The notes under the pieces were generated by a model that saw only the letters and a list, made by a program, of their open reading frames with translations, made no database searches and was not told the DNA's origin. A DNA stretch of 64,000 nucleotides from Mobula birostris (taxonomy: Eukaryota), in NCBI RefSeq assembly GCF_030028105.1, contig NC_092383.1, forward strand, positions 81,797,921 through 81,861,920. Direction: 5' to 3'. Numbering within the stretch: position 1 is the first letter of the stretch; every line of letters starts with the position of its first letter. Positions 24,218 through 37,752 of this stretch are shown here, piece by piece. A program made the position numbers and the translations under genes.

Positions 24218-25526
24218 GTTAGTGTTATTTGCTGATCTATCTATTATTATAGAATATATGAGGTTAGAAGATATTCAGTCACCCCATTTCTATATGCTGT
24301 CTGAATTATTACATTCTTACCTTTGATTTTCATCTATTTTACCTTTCATTTCTCCTAAATGCTTAAAAGCTTTTACATTAGGGTCGTCAATCAAATTCTT
24401 GGTGTACTGCTGGATGAGCATTTTGTTTGATTGCTGCATAGTTTAATTTTGAGTAGTGCCTTTTGTCAAGCCAGCAGTATCGTGGCTACTTTTAATTTCT
24501 TACATTGATTAATGCATTTGGATATGCTTAAAGTCTCATCAGAGTAGCTGTGGAATTTTCACCTGAGTAATTAAATGTACAATATCTCATCACTGTGGTC
24601 TCAAAGTTACTGGACCATGATTTAAAACCCATGTAAAGTCTTTAGGGAAGGGAAATTGTTGACTATACTTGGTCTGGTTTGTGTGTCTCCAGACCCATGA
24701 TGTGCTAAGCTTTCCACCATTCTCTGAAAAATGGCACAGCTGGCCACTCAGTTCAGTTTGAGAAACAACTGCTGGCTTTATCAGCAACATTCACAATGTG
24801 TCGATGAGCAAATGGCCAGATTACTTATAAGGAGTGCTAGTCAGTCTCTCTTCTGAAAGATGAGCATGTGTAATGGCTACGAGCTTTAGGTTTTTGGGAT
24901 GTTTCCTCTGTATGCGTTTGGCAAGGTCGTTTAGGTCTATATATTACCAGATGAGGAAAGAGAATGATAGATCAAGACGTCCCATGTCTAGAAACTAGAG
25001 TGGATCACTTTGCGACAGTCAAACAAATTTGGAGAAAGTTAAGTAAATTAATTTAAAACCGATGGAGGTTGCCAGAAGTAATTTCATCTGGGCTGCTAGT
25101 TTATAAATGGTGCGTAATGTTTTGCAATTTCATTTATTGTGCTCTTGTGCTTAATTAACCTACCAAGAGCTGTACAGATACCCTGACTCATAGCGATATG
25201 AATTTCATAACCTTTATGGCATTGTTTGATTTCTGGTAGCTAGCATGTTGGATAATATATTTTCCTTGAGTTGTGATGCATTTAGTGTAGCAACAGGAGG
25301 AGGGCATTTTGTGTTTCCAAGAGGAAATTGTGTGTATGAATGATCAAGTAATCTACTATTCTGTTCCATGAGTGAGGATAGATCTGTGAACCCAGGATGT
25401 TTGGGAGGCTTAGAAATCTTAAAACTGTTCAAGAAGGGTAGTATCTGTATAAGAATATTGGTTTAAGGGAAACTAATGGAAGACTTGACATGAGCGACTT
25501 ACTTTCTTCCTTTTTCCACTCTGCAG

Positions 25527-25703
25527 ATAATTCATAGGATGCCTTGGGTACATCCTCCAGCTGTAACCATTGAGTGGAAAAGGAAAATTGCCCAGGACGC
25601 TATTGAGAGCCTTTGTGCATCAAAACTTGCGAAAAGCATTTGTAGTCAGTTCCGCACCCGTCTTAATAGCTCACATGAAGCATTTGCTGCCTCTCTACGG
25701 CAG
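25527..25703 (+). CDS. DSTYK: DSTYK coding exon (probable exon 6)
   Basis: ctgcag|ATA ... CAG|gtttgt, 177 bp. [59 protein letters not shown]. Confidence 0.95.
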
Positions 25704-26776
25704 GTTTGTTCACGTTGAGTGTTTGTATTATGATGCTCCTATCAGGTTTGCTTGAGAAGGATTAAGCAACTGTTTAATTAACAATGCCCGGAGTATTCAT
25801 CCACTTGGATGTGAATCACACCGAAGTTGGTGAAGTTATTAAAATGTGAATTAAAAAGTTATCAGTAACGGTAAGTATGGAAAGCAATTTGGTTCAGTTG
25901 TGTCCTTGAGTGAAGACAATACTTGTCTAGCCTGACTAACCTCCATTAATATGGTTGATTTTAATTGTCTATTGAAGTGCCCACAAAAAGGGCCCTGCCA
26001 ATTAGGGATAGACAGTTAATCACATTGCATGCCTGTGCTCTGCAGGCGCCTGTCAGAAATAAGCAAAAGGTTGCTGGTAATTCTGACCTTCTACCCCATG
26101 TTTGGAATCTCCACTGACTGCAGGGGTGAATCAGACATTCTGAGCTCAGAAACTGGATTCACTTTGCATTCAGTTCCTTGGCTTTGTGCCAGTGATTGCC
26201 AGCGGATGTGCTGTGACTCCATTTATTCGAAATAGGACAGTGATATTGATTTGGTGGGGGTGGGGGAGAAGAGTAACAAATTTGTTTTTTTATTGTAGAT
26301 AATTGCATGATTTGGCAGCATGCAAAGTTATGTACAGTTAGTGGAGTAAAACAGTGTATATGCTAAAATTCTGTGAAAGTACAATGCTAGGTATATTCAG
26401 GGTCAGGCAAAGTTTTGACCAAAGGAAGTTTCAGGCACCTTGAGGAAGTCTCACTGGCCAGAAGTTTAACTTTATTTCCCTATGGCCCCATTGACATAAG
26501 CATTTCACTTTGACTTTGTGGTGGCAGTACTTCTAAGCTTTTTAAAAAAATTGTTTCCCTTTTTGAACTCAGTTAATCTTGAGAATACAAATGATTCTTT
26601 TTGTTTCCATTCAGCACTCCTGTTTATGACCTGTCCAGGAATGCACCTTGCTTCCCCAAAATCCCTTCATCTTTCAGCATAACCTGTCCCATGTGGTATT
26701 TATTGAATTTTCTTTCAATGCATCATCCTCCTCCTCAATTTTCCAATGGTTTGCTTTCTCTGCTATTGCATTACAG

Positions 26777-26906
26777 CTTGAAACAGGCCTTTCAGGAAAA
26801 CTTGAAAGAACAGAGGATCTCTGGCTAAAGGTACGGAAAGACCATGCCCCACGTCTAGCTCGTCTTTCATTGGAAAGTCGTTCACTCCGCGACTTGCTGC
26901 TGCATG
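26777..26906 (+). CDS. DSTYK: DSTYK coding exon (probable exon 7)
   Basis: ttacag|CTT ... CATG|gtaagg, 130 bp. [43 protein letters not shown]. Confidence 0.95.
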
Positions 26907-27290
26907 GTAAGGTTGCTCTTTGAGTCTAGAGTTTTCATTTTTGCTTGAATGGGTGCAGAATACTGCTTTGCGTACTTGCATATATGAGATGTGCGATTTG
27001 CTTTTGTGGGGTGGTGGTGTCAAATATTTTGGAGGTGTTTGAGGCTCTTTGGCACATGAATAGGCAGAGAATAGAAGGATATGGAACATGTGCAGATAGA
27101 TTATTTAGGTGTCATTAGATGAATTCAGTAGAATATCATGAGCTGAAGGGCCTGTTGCAGTACTGTTCTGTGTTCAAGTAAGCAGTCTCTCAACCCTTTA
27201 AGTTTGTGCATTGTTCGAAGAGATTTGCTGATTTATTCTTGAAGTAAGAAAACAAAGAATAATCTAAAGCTACTTATTTTTGTAACACAG

Positions 27291-27447
27291 GTAAACCTAA
27301 GCTGGGACGTGAACTGGGTCGTGGCCAGTATGGAGTAGTATACCTCTGTGATACTTGGGCTAGTCACTCTCCCTGTGCTCTAAAGTCTGTTGTACCTCCA
27401 GATGACAAGCACTGGAATGACCTTGCACTAGAATTTCACTACACAAG
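27291..27447 (+). CDS. DSTYK: DSTYK coding exon (probable exon 8; kinase Gly-rich loop and ATP-binding Lys)
   Basis: cag|GT ... AAG|gtatga, 157 bp. [53 protein letters not shown]. Confidence 0.96.
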
Positions 27448-28310
27448 GTATGAAATGTGTAGAGATTGCTATCAATATTAAATTACTGGGGAATTACTGA
27501 AAGTCATAACTGTGTGAAAAGTTTCATCTGGCTTTGCTGATCCACAAAAGCTTGGTTTCCTGTCCACTCTTGGTATTTTGCAGAGTGCCATTTTCTTCCT
27601 TGTGATTAGAGTGGAATTCTAATTTTCATTTAAAGTGTGAAATTTTGTGCTGGTCTGATGTGAGGTGAATTTTTCTTGGCTGTTCCACTTTGTCCTTTTG
27701 GAAATATTTTCATGATGGACAACTGATGAGTGATTACTTTAAATGGAATCAGTGGAGTGACCCTCACAAGGGAATGCTTGTTTTGGGCCTTGAGCATTTT
27801 GTTTAAACCTGATATGGGAAGACTTTTAGCTGCAGAAATTTAAAAACAGAAGGCAACTCAAGTTGATGCTGTTAGGCTGTAACTTTTTTTGCCTGTAGTT
27901 TTGGTGAATTGCTGGTAAGGTGCCCTATTCAGGCTGCAATGTTCTTGTTCCATGCCTTTGCCTAGTAGCTTTGGCCATGAACTATCATCTGTCCGGATTA
28001 GAACAGGCTTGAAAGGCTAAATCCTTAACTTCTATGTTAAGGACATGTCATGATAGAGACACACAGTCAGTTGGTAGTTGTGATAGAGCATGTGAGGTAC
28101 ACAGAATGAGCATAGGATGTCGATCTAAACATTTGTTCTTAAAATGGAGAAATAAGTAAGTTTGGCAATCATCATATGTTGCAGATGAAGCGAATGTGAG
28201 TTGTTTCCATTTTCAGAAGAAAGCTGTATTGATCATGAATTTTGAATTTCTTGTATTGGTATTTCCATTTTTTATAGTTTTAGACATTTTTATTTTCCTC
28301 CATCTAACAG

Positions 28311-28443
28311 ATCCTTACCTAGACACGAGCGACTCGTTGATCTTCATGGGTCAGTTATAGATTACAGTTATGGAGGCGGTTCCAGCATTGCTGTTCTGTT
28401 AATCATGGAGAGACTACACAGAGATCTCTATGCTGGGCTGAAG
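28311..28443 (+). CDS. DSTYK: DSTYK coding exon (probable exon 9)
   Basis: aacag|A ... AAG|gtaaac, 133 bp. [44 protein letters not shown]. Confidence 0.96.
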
Positions 28444-28840
28444 GTAAACATGAGAAATCAGACTCTTATTCCACAAAGGTTTTGCCTTAATCTATAGAGG
28501 TATTTCAGCTCCTTGCACTTACCCTGCCATTCATTTAAAATGTGACTGATTCATTTAATCACCTTTTTCCCACTTTTTTTGATATTATCCAAAAAAATAA
28601 GTTGATCATTTTTGGCTCTTCCAGGTAACCCGTATCCAGTCTAGTCCTCAGCATATTGCTAATCTTTGTTCATCTAGGGCTTCTGATTGGGGCTCACTAA
28701 GTTTTGGAGACTCACTTATCCACACATTTCTTTTTGAACTTCATGACAATCTTGCCATATTCATTCAGGTCCTCTGAGCCCTAGACCATGACCCAGTTCA
28801 CCAACTTGAAGCAATCCCTTAAATTTCTTGATTTATTAAA

Positions 28841-29285
28841 GTTCAAGGTTCAAGATTGTTTAATGTTATTTCCAGTACACAAGTATAAAGGGGTGAAATA
28901 ATTTTTACTCCAGATTCGATACAGCACAAAAATAACAATATGAAGAATGCAATACTAGGAACAAATATAAATACATAGCTTGTATGTCCATAAAGTGATA
29001 ATAGGCTGTGCATAAGGTGACTGACAGGGAATAAAGTAGTGGTGGAGGAGTTAATGATCCTTGCTGCTGGGGGAAAGTAACTGTTTTTGAATCTGGTGGT
29101 CCTGGTGTGGATTCTGTGCAACCTCCTGCTTGATGGGGAATGGGACAGACAGTCCATAAGCAGGATGGGTGGGATTCTTCATGATGTTACTGGTACTTTC
29201 CTGACACCTTTCTGTACTTATGTCCTTGTTGGCAGGTAGGCTAGTGCCAGTGATCTGTTGGGCAGTTTTGACTATCCACTGTAGA
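28841..29285 (-). mobile_element. Rex/Babar-like LINE 3' end
   Basis: LQWIVKTAQQITGTSLP, TRTTRFKNSYFP, (TTGAAC)n-type tail. Confidence 0.8.
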
Positions 29286-29521
29286 ATGTGAATGAATTGA
29301 ACCCTTCCACTGGACATGTTGATATCCACGTCCACCAAGCCTGTCCTATAATTTATTTCCATTAACATGTAGTTCTGTTGCATTCTGTCATGTTTTTTGA
29401 GCTGCTTAAATGTCAATCTTTCAATTTTATAATCACACTAGTGTTTTAAAAAAAACAACTAAATTCATTGGATATGTCAGTAAATTCATTGCTCTAATTA
29501 CAGTGTCTTTTCAGAGGAAGC

Positions 29522-30945
29522 ATCAGAATCAGGTTTATCATCACCAGCATGTGTCGTGAAATTTGTTAACTTAGCAGCAGTAGTTCAATGCAATACATAA
29601 ATATAGAAGAAAAAAATAAATCAATTACAGTAGACATATATTGAATAGATTAAAAATTGTGCAAAACAGAAATAATACGATTTAAAAAAGTGAGGTAGTG
29701 TTCAAGGGTTCAATGTCCATTGAGGAATCGGATGGCAAAGGGGAAGAAGCTGTTCCTGAATCGCTGCATGTGTGCCTTCAGGCTTCTGTACCTCCTGCCT
29801 GATGGTAACAATGAGAAAAGGGCATGCCCTGGCTGCTGGTGGTCCTTAATAATGGATGCTGCCTTTGAGACAACGCTTCTTGAAGATGTCCTGGGTACTT
29901 TGTAAGCTAGTACCCAAGATGGAGCTGACTGTATTTACGACCCTTTACAGCTTCTTTTTGTCCTATGCAGTAGCCACCCCTCACCCCCCCCCATACCAGA
30001 CAGTGATGCAGCCTATCAGAATGCTCTCCACAGTACATCTATGGAAGTTTTAGGGTGTTTTTGTTGACATATCAAATCTCTTCAAACTCCTCATCTCTTG
30101 AAACTCCTAGCTGCTGTCTTGCCGCCTTTATAGCTGCATCAATATGTTGGGACCAGGTTAGGTTCTCAGAGATCTTGACATCCGGGAACTTGAAACTGTT
30201 CACTTTCTCCACTTCTGAATCCTCTAAAGATTGCTATGTGTTCCTTCGTCTTGCCCTTCCTGAAGTCCATAATCAGCCCTTTTGTCTTACTGACGTTGAG
30301 TGCAAGGTTGTTGCTGTGACACCACTCCACTAGTTGGTATATCTCACTCCTGTATGCTCTCACCTCCATCTGAGATTCTACCAACAATGGTTGTATCATC
30401 ACCAAATTTATAGATTGTGTTTGAGCTATGCTTAGCCACAGTCATGTGGAGTAAGCACACACCTCTGAAGTGCACCAGCGTTGATCATCAGCGAGGAGGA
30501 GATATTATCACCAATCTGCACAGATTGTGGGTTTCTGGTTAGGATGTTGGATCCAATTGCAGAGGGAGGTACAGAGGCCCAGGTTCTGTAAATTATCAGT
30601 CAGGATTGTGGGACTGATGGTGTTAAATGCTGAACTATAGTCAATGAACATGGTTGTTTGTATTGTCCAGGTGGTCAAAGGCTGTGTGAAGAGTCATTGA
30701 GATTGTGCCTGCTATTGACCTATTGTGGCGATTGGCAAATTGCAGTGGGTCCAGGTCCTTGCTGAGGTGGGAGTTCAGTGTAGTCATGACCAACCTCTCA
30801 AAGCATTTCATCACTGTAGATGTGTGTGTGCTACTGGGTGACGATTTTTAAGGCAGCTCACATTATTATTTTTAGGCACTGGTACAATTGTTGCCTCTCT
30901 GAAGCAAGTGGGAACTTCTGCCCATAGCAGTGAAAGTATCCTTGA
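29522..30945 (-). mobile_element. Rex/Babar-like LINE, 5'-truncated
   Basis: AYRSEIYQLVEWCHSNNLALNVSKTK; (CTGATT)n tail; the 3' part closely matches the reverse complement of 47416-47850. Confidence 0.88.
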
Positions 30946-31606
30946 ATACTTTCATGAAGCATCATGTTGTCTACTCCATTAAACTCTTTTGTACTGGGTC
31001 ACTCAAAAATGGCTCCAGCTTGCTGAACTGTTCTTACTTGGTACCAGTTTTTGAAGTAATTCTGGTAAAAAAGACTTTCTCCCCTTGGATATATAATCAG
31101 ATGATTTTGGCTGTAATCTTTTAGTTAACTCAATTTTAAGATAAAATGGAATATATGGAGTACCCAGTGATTTTTTTTTCCTGTTACATTTTAGAATATT
31201 GCACTGGTGAACATCCATCTGGCTATTGAGTCATTTTCAAAAAGTGCAAAGACTTTTTAGGTGGAAATTAGGAAAGTTCTTGAAGACTTTTCCAGTTCTC
31301 TCAGGAAATGAATTTGCAATCTAAAGTATGTGGCTTGGTTCCAGAAGTACTGTGATTCAGATTTACTACATGTTATGGTGTTTTGAATGTTCAATATGGA
31401 ACATGGATGTGAAGACTTGCAAATCATTGTACTTGTTTTTTTTTTAGTGATTCAGATTTCAGAATTGTTCTAGGTCTTTTTGAAAGAAATGTATTGTTTG
31501 GTTTGTCAAGTGTTATTATTTTCAGGAATTGGGTGGTAAATTTTAAAGCCAGATTATAATGCTTGCAAACATGATGCCAAAAATTTCTGTTTTCTGATTT
31601 TTCTAG

Positions 31607-31720
31607 GCTGGTCTCAAGCTGGAAGTACGTTTACAGATTTCCCTTGATGTCGTGGAAGGTATCCGGTTTCTCCACCGACAAGGCCTTGTGCATCGAGATG
31701 TCAAATTGAAAAATGTCTTG
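31607..31720 (+). CDS. DSTYK: DSTYK coding exon (probable exon 10; catalytic loop)
   Basis: ctag|GCT ... TTG|gtaagg, 114 bp. [38 protein letters not shown], with the HRD motif. Confidence 0.96.
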
Positions 31721-34516
31721 GTAAGGTCTGAAGGTTCTCATTTGATTTCTCTGGTGTCATAGTGTGATGTAATACTTCTATTTAGATAGACTTGCTGTCA
31801 AAAACTAATTGTTTGGCATTATCATTTAAGGTTTGCTGAAGAAAGACTTTGCTTGGATTATTCCTTACAGCATTTGTTTCCCGTAGTATTCAATATTACA
31901 GGCTGTACCTGGGTTACAAACACCTAACTTATGGGCAACCCTACATAGAAGTGAGCTCACATTAATTATTAAATTCAGAAATCCGATGAATGTGCATGCA
32001 TTTGTTCCTTTATATGGGAGAACTAGTTTCATTTTTCGATTAGGTTTGTTTTTTAAGCAATTGTTCTCAACAGTCTGTGTTTCCATGCCATTCATTACAA
32101 TACAGTGTAGGTATGGTAACCATAATAGAGTGATTTTTCTTTTGTCTATTTTCTGACTTTGGGACATCCATGAAAATGGAACCCATTTGTTACCCAGGGA
32201 CATCCCATATCTTTTGGATCAGGACTATTCAGTCCTTCATGAATTGATTCCAGTTCTACTTGAGTAGCATTGTGGGAAAGAATGCAGACAGGATACTGTA
32301 CCTTTTGTGGTAAGTGCAAGGAAGGGTGGAATGGATTCCCCTTCGTAGTCTTGAAAGGTTTTTATCCAATTCCCTTCTGAAAGTCTCTATGTAATCTATG
32401 TTGGAATAGAAAACCTTGTCTAATCCTGGCTTCGGGTGTGACTTGGGCCTTTTTTAAATTTTAATTTGTATTTATGGAAAACTTTCCCTCATATTTTTGT
32501 GAATTAATCTGAGCTGGTGTTTAATTTTGCCTTGCTTTGGAATACAATGAATGTAGATGTTTGTGTTGTCTCCAAGAATGGGCTCATTTTTAGGCCGAAG
32601 AAATCTGTGACACCAAATTAGTAACCTCTCATTTGCTGCATGTGTTAAAGTCGACAAATTCTATGAAAGCAGAAGTAATTTTGATCTCATACCATGTAGA
32701 ATTTTTTTTTAAGCTGCCAATGTGTTCAGGAGTCAAATTAAGTGAAAAGTGATCTCACTGTTGATTCCAATTATTGATATGTTGAAACTGAATGTTCAGA
32801 TATTAACTAGTCTACCACATTGCTTGCAGAAGGAGAACAAAATTACTAATATTTCTTATTGCCTTTAGCGTTTGTAATCTTGGAGAGTAATTTTTCTGTT
32901 TCAATTAAATTTGGAGTTGCTATTGATCCATTGCTCTGTTCCTGGTGTGCCTTTGTTTTAGATAGTAAGATGCAATAAAGCAAAGCAGCAAAGTTGAAAG
33001 GGAATGATGCAAATCCATCTGACAGAATGACAATCTTTCATGTGTACTTGGATTTTGGACATGTCAAAACAGTTTTTAAAAAAGAACATCTTGTTGTTTT
33101 CTCTCTAAACATTTCACTTGATGCATTGTAATTCTTTGACTAAAATATGAGGGAGCTAAGCTTTGACATCAGATTTATAATGAGGCAGGAGACGAAGAAC
33201 CAACCTGCCTTTCTTTAAAATAGAATCTGTACAAAGTGTACAACCCCAGATTGAGAAGTATTTGTGAGATACAAATGGTGCAGATAATGGACTGACTTCA
33301 TGCAATGCTGCCAATGATTGCATTTTCATTGTAGAATTTAAGACATTAAGCAAATTCCTCATCCTTTTTCCAAACCGTTATTGGACTTTTCAAAATGTAC
33401 TAAAATGGTTAGCTGTTCTCCTATACTTTAAATCCTATACTTTAGGATATGCTGTAGATCTCGAATCATCAGAGCTATAGATTTCTCTTATTGAATATCG
33501 TCTGAAATACCTGTCATATTAGAATGCAAAGCCTTCAAGCACACTGGTGAAGATTGTAACAAATGCTATTGGGGACAGACACACCCTTGTTTAATACCTT
33601 GGTTACAGATAATGCATCGCATCCGCTGATATCTGGGTCTGTATGTTGTCAAGAAAGATTGGTTAGTTTGTTTATATACAATGTATGTGGGTTAGTTAAA
33701 ATATCCTGCAATCCTGACAACTTTGCTCATGCTCTACTAGCTACTTTATTTGCATCATTTGTGCAAGACTATCTTTGACCATCTCTTGGCAGAACTCAAG
33801 CAACCTGAGAAATAAAATATTAATTAAGTTGGACTGCAGGCAATATCACTAGGCTTGATAAAGAGTGCTCAGCATACGTTGGCGGTAGTAGTATATCATC
33901 TGCAAGAAAAAATATTGACAAGATGGTGTAGGTGGATGGTAGCAGAGGATATTAAAATGTTCTTGGTATGTACAGCTTGTATTCAATTCAACCATTCTTT
34001 ACTGGTGGAGCAGATGAAGAGCCTTTCTAATTATCAAAACATTCTTAATTCCTGTTACAGGTAGACTTGACTCCTTAACAATAACTAGTTCAAAAAAAAT
34101 TCTGCTTGTCTGGCAGGATGAGAATCAAGTGTCTGACAAAATCACCAGATACGTATATTTTAGTTAGCATAGTGGCACAAGAAACTCAGAAATGCATCAT
34201 TCTTGGTTTGCTGGCCTCAGAATGAAGGCCATAGTGAGCGAGTTCAGTGCTCAGCTTGTTCTGCTGCCATCATAGCAAAGAGCATCCGCTTGCCACTATG
34301 ATTAATGGGAGGGAATTTAGAATTCAGTTTGCTGTTTCTAACTTGTACCTTTACCTATGGAGACTGATTTCCAGTATTGGTTTTAATCCATTGACAAAGG
34401 ACTGGTCATTTAGTTTGAGTACTGGACAATGTGGCAGCTTGATATTGGGTTTTACCATTTCTTGTTCTTGGTGCTTTTAACATAATGTCTTTTGTTTCCC
34501 TTTTGCAATCCCAAAG

Positions 34517-34631
34517 TTGGATAAGCAAAATCGAGCCAAAATCACAGACCTGGGATTTTGCAAGCCTGAGGCAATGATGTCTGGAAGCATTGTGGGAACC
34601 CCTATACACATGGCACCTGAGCTCTTTTCGG
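34517..34631 (+). CDS. DSTYK: DSTYK coding exon (probable exon 11; activation segment)
   Basis: aaag|TTG ... TCGG|gtatgt, 115 bp. [38 protein letters not shown], with DLG and APE motifs. Confidence 0.96.
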
Positions 34632-35271
34632 GTATGTTGCTTTATCACTGAATTGTCTTCTGTAATCATTGAAATTGACTTGAGAGGTTTGTAGGTTCCT
34701 GCCACTTAGTGGCCTGTAGTAATAGGAAGCCTTACTGGGAAAAATGGGTTCAAATCTTGATCTCTGCTGACTTTGGCGTTTCCTACTTCCCTAAGTTGAC
34801 ATTCAGGATTTCCTTTCTTGCTGTCCAGTGTCTACTAAACATTAGATGATCACAGGATCTTGAGAGAGATGATGCTCTTAGCTGACGTTTTTCCACCATG
34901 AGCTGTTTAGGTCCATGTGCTTAAAAGAGATGGCTTGAGAAATGTGCAAGAAGCAGTCCACGTTTACCGTGAAGCTGTCAAGGGTGTGCTGAGAGGTTGC
35001 TGATCACTGATGCTCGCCCTTCAATTTAATTCGGGTTGTGGTTATAAAATGTGCTTTCCTTTTCCTGGTATCACTGCTTGTGTGGATAGAGTTTAACAAC
35101 TGCCTCCCCAGAAATGACTCTTCACCATGAACAGGGCTTTTTCATTGTCGAAGGTAGACTGGGCACCTAAGCAGTCTTCCAAATTACTTCACTTCTTTGT
35201 TGGTGTTAAGCTGATGAAAAGAACAGGTAAAGGCCATTTAGCTCCACAAGCATATTTGCGCTATATTGTAC

Positions 35272-35878
35272 TCATAGATAGGGATCTGATGTTGCGGCTC
35301 TGTAAGGCACCTGTGAGACCACACTTGGAGTATTGTGTGCAGTTTTGGGCTCCTTATTTTAAAAAGGATATACTGACGTTGGAGAGGGTTCAGAGAAGAT
35401 TCACGAGAATAATTCCAGGAATGAAAAGGGTTACCGTATGAGGAACGTCTGGCAGCTCTTGGGCTGTATTCCCTGGAGTTCAGGAGAATGAGGGGGGATC
35501 TCATAGAAACATTCAGAATGTTAAAAGGCCTGAACAGATTAGATATGGCAAAGTTATTTCCCATGGTAGGGGATTCTAGGACAAGAGGGCACGACTTCAA
35601 GATTGATGGACGTCCTGTTAGAACTGAGATGTGGATCAGTCAGAAGGTGGTAAATCTGTGGAATTTGTTGCCATGAGCAGCTGTGGAGGCCAAGTCATTG
35701 GGTGTATTTAAGGCAGAGATAAATAGGTTCTTGATTAGCCAGGGCATCAAAGGGTATGGGGTGAAAGGGGAGTGAGGATGACTGGAAGAATTGGATCAGC
35801 CCATGATTGAATGGTGGAGCAGACTTAATGGGCCAAATGGTCTGCTTCTGCTCCTATATCTTATGGTCTTGTGGTCTT
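35272..35878 (+). mobile_element. CR1 LINE 3' end
   Basis: VRPHLEYCVQFWAP...LERVQRRFTRIIPG, MRGDLIETF, terminal ttctgctcctatatcttatggtctt. Confidence 0.92.
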
Positions 35879-35879
35879 T

Positions 35880-36168
35880 GGCCCACCAGGTGCATACTGA
35901 CCATCAACCACAGTTTAAACTAAACCTATATTAATCTTGTGTTTATTCTCCTTCTCATCAACTGCAATTATTGCTACTTGCTTACACACTAGTGACCAGT
36001 TGAACTACCAGCCTGCATGTTTTTGCGATGTGGAAGCACCCATTATCATTCCAGCAGTAGAGGTGGGTGAAATGTGTAAACTCTACACAACCAGTTGCCA
36101 AGGTCAGGATTCAACCTGGGCCAATGAGTTGTGGGGCAGCGGCTCTACTAACTGCACAATTGTGCCAC
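35880..36168 (-). mobile_element. Degenerate V-SINE
   Basis: Minus-strand tRNA-like head (ggcacaattgtgcagttagtagagcc...ggttgaatcc) and gtgtagagtttacac V-domain remnant. Confidence 0.6.
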
Positions 36169-36256
36169 TTGTATAACAGAATTATGCAACAACATACCTT
36201 CTTGCCTTAAGATTATATGCTTAATTTTGTCCCCTCCTATTCTGCTCCCCTTTCAG

Positions 36257-36391
36257 GAAAGTATGATAATTCTGTAGATGTGTATGCATTTGGCATCCTT
36301 TTCTGGTACCTTTGCACGGGGACAATTAAACTCCCAGAAGCATTTGAGAAATGTTCAAGTAAGGATCAGCTGTGGACCAATGTGAAGAAAG
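36257..36391 (+). CDS. DSTYK: DSTYK coding exon (probable exon 12)
   Basis: tttcag|GA ... AAAG|gtaatt, 135 bp. [45 protein letters not shown]. Confidence 0.96.
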
Positions 36392-37588
36392 GTAATTATT
36401 ACTCTTAACTTTCCATTGTAGTCAAATAAATCAGAGCTTCCCTTAATGATTATTTGTACTTATTGTCATGTATTTAACAATGGTTTTGCTTGCAGGAGTG
36501 TAAACAAATAGGTAAGGAATCTCTTAAAATGAGCATTGGGGAACAGATGGGAAGGAATCCTAGAACTTGGTCTCAGTTGCTGCAGGAATTTGGGGAAAGC
36601 ACAAAAGAGCAGGATACTAAATTGAAGGAAAGCCATGGTTTAAAATGAGCACCAAGAAGTCCTTCCAAATAAAACACAGATGAGGTGACCAGGAGTGTTC
36701 TGCTACTTTTATGCCCACCTCCACTTTCTGCTGTCCTTGGCTTCTTGGATAGTCTAACATCAAAAATTCTGGCGGTGTCCAATTATGCAACAGTTCTGTT
36801 GCTGAGGACTCTCTGTAAACCAAAATTTCCACAAGTCGTATATGAATAATTTTCCTAGAACCAAGGTGTGTAGCTGTTACAAAGTACCTTGGCACCAGAT
36901 TGGCAACACATTTTGTTTGGAGTAAAACGTTAATGATTAATTGAATTTCCATTTTAAAATGTCCTCTGTAATTGTCCTACAATTTTTACACACTTGAGTG
37001 CATCTGATTCCAGTCCTTGACTGATGTTTGAACTAAGAATTTCAGTGAATATTTTTTGATTCTTTGATCTGAGGAAGAAATATCGAGTTATTTTCTTGTG
37101 GGTTGGTAATACTTCTATTTTGTGGTCATTTGACTAACAAATGTGCAGGACTTAAGCATCCTCAGGTCTCTATACACACCACTAATGTCATCTTTCCACT
37201 GTTGTGGGTTATTGATAAAGAAATAACTCAATTTCTGGTTTGGGAAAATGAAGTTCGTTGTCGTTTTGTGGTTTCTGATTTTTTTTTCTTCCTCCTCAGT
37301 AGCATGGACATTAGCCAAGTCTTAACGTCATTTTGGTTTTTGTTTGGGAGGGTTTGCATAAGTTTGAATCTGCAAGTTAGCTCTTAACTCATGGACTACC
37401 TGCACTCATCTTTTGGGTACATTAAAGGCTTCAGGTTCTCCACTTTAATTAACTGTTTCTCTTTCCAGAGAACTATTTTTAGGGCAACTGGTTTGCAATC
37501 TCTAATGGGAAAGAATTGAGAAGTTCTTTAAAAGAGTTTGTACACACCCTGGACTAAGTGGAAATCTTTTATGATTCTGTGCTCCCAG

Positions 37589-37752
37589 GTGCAAGACCAG
37601 AACGGCTTCCTGCATTTGATGAGGAGTGCTGGCAACTGATGGAAGCTTGTTGGAGTGGTGACCCTTCACAGAGGCCTCTATTAGGAATTGTTCAACCCAT
37701 CCTGCAAAGCATCATGGGCAGGCTCTGCAGAAACGTTTCTGGGCAGCCGTGA
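37589..37752 (+). CDS. DSTYK: DSTYK last coding exon (probable exon 13)
   Basis: cccag|[56 protein letters not shown] then TGA at 37750-37752. The 11 exons total 2142 nt (714 codons). Confidence 0.95.

Noticed and set aside
26828-26836. Internal donor-like AAG|GTACGG in a coding exon
   Set aside because: Its use would shift the frame, and the downstream GTAAGG donor gives the correct phase.
27285-27296. cag|GTAAAC as a recursive splice site
   Set aside because: The GT is the remainder of a split Gly codon in a required coding exon; no independent evidence.
34547-34555. DLG instead of DFG suggesting a pseudokinase
   Set aside because: DLG is, as I recall, the normal DSTYK motif, and the Gly loop, Lys, HRD and APE are intact.
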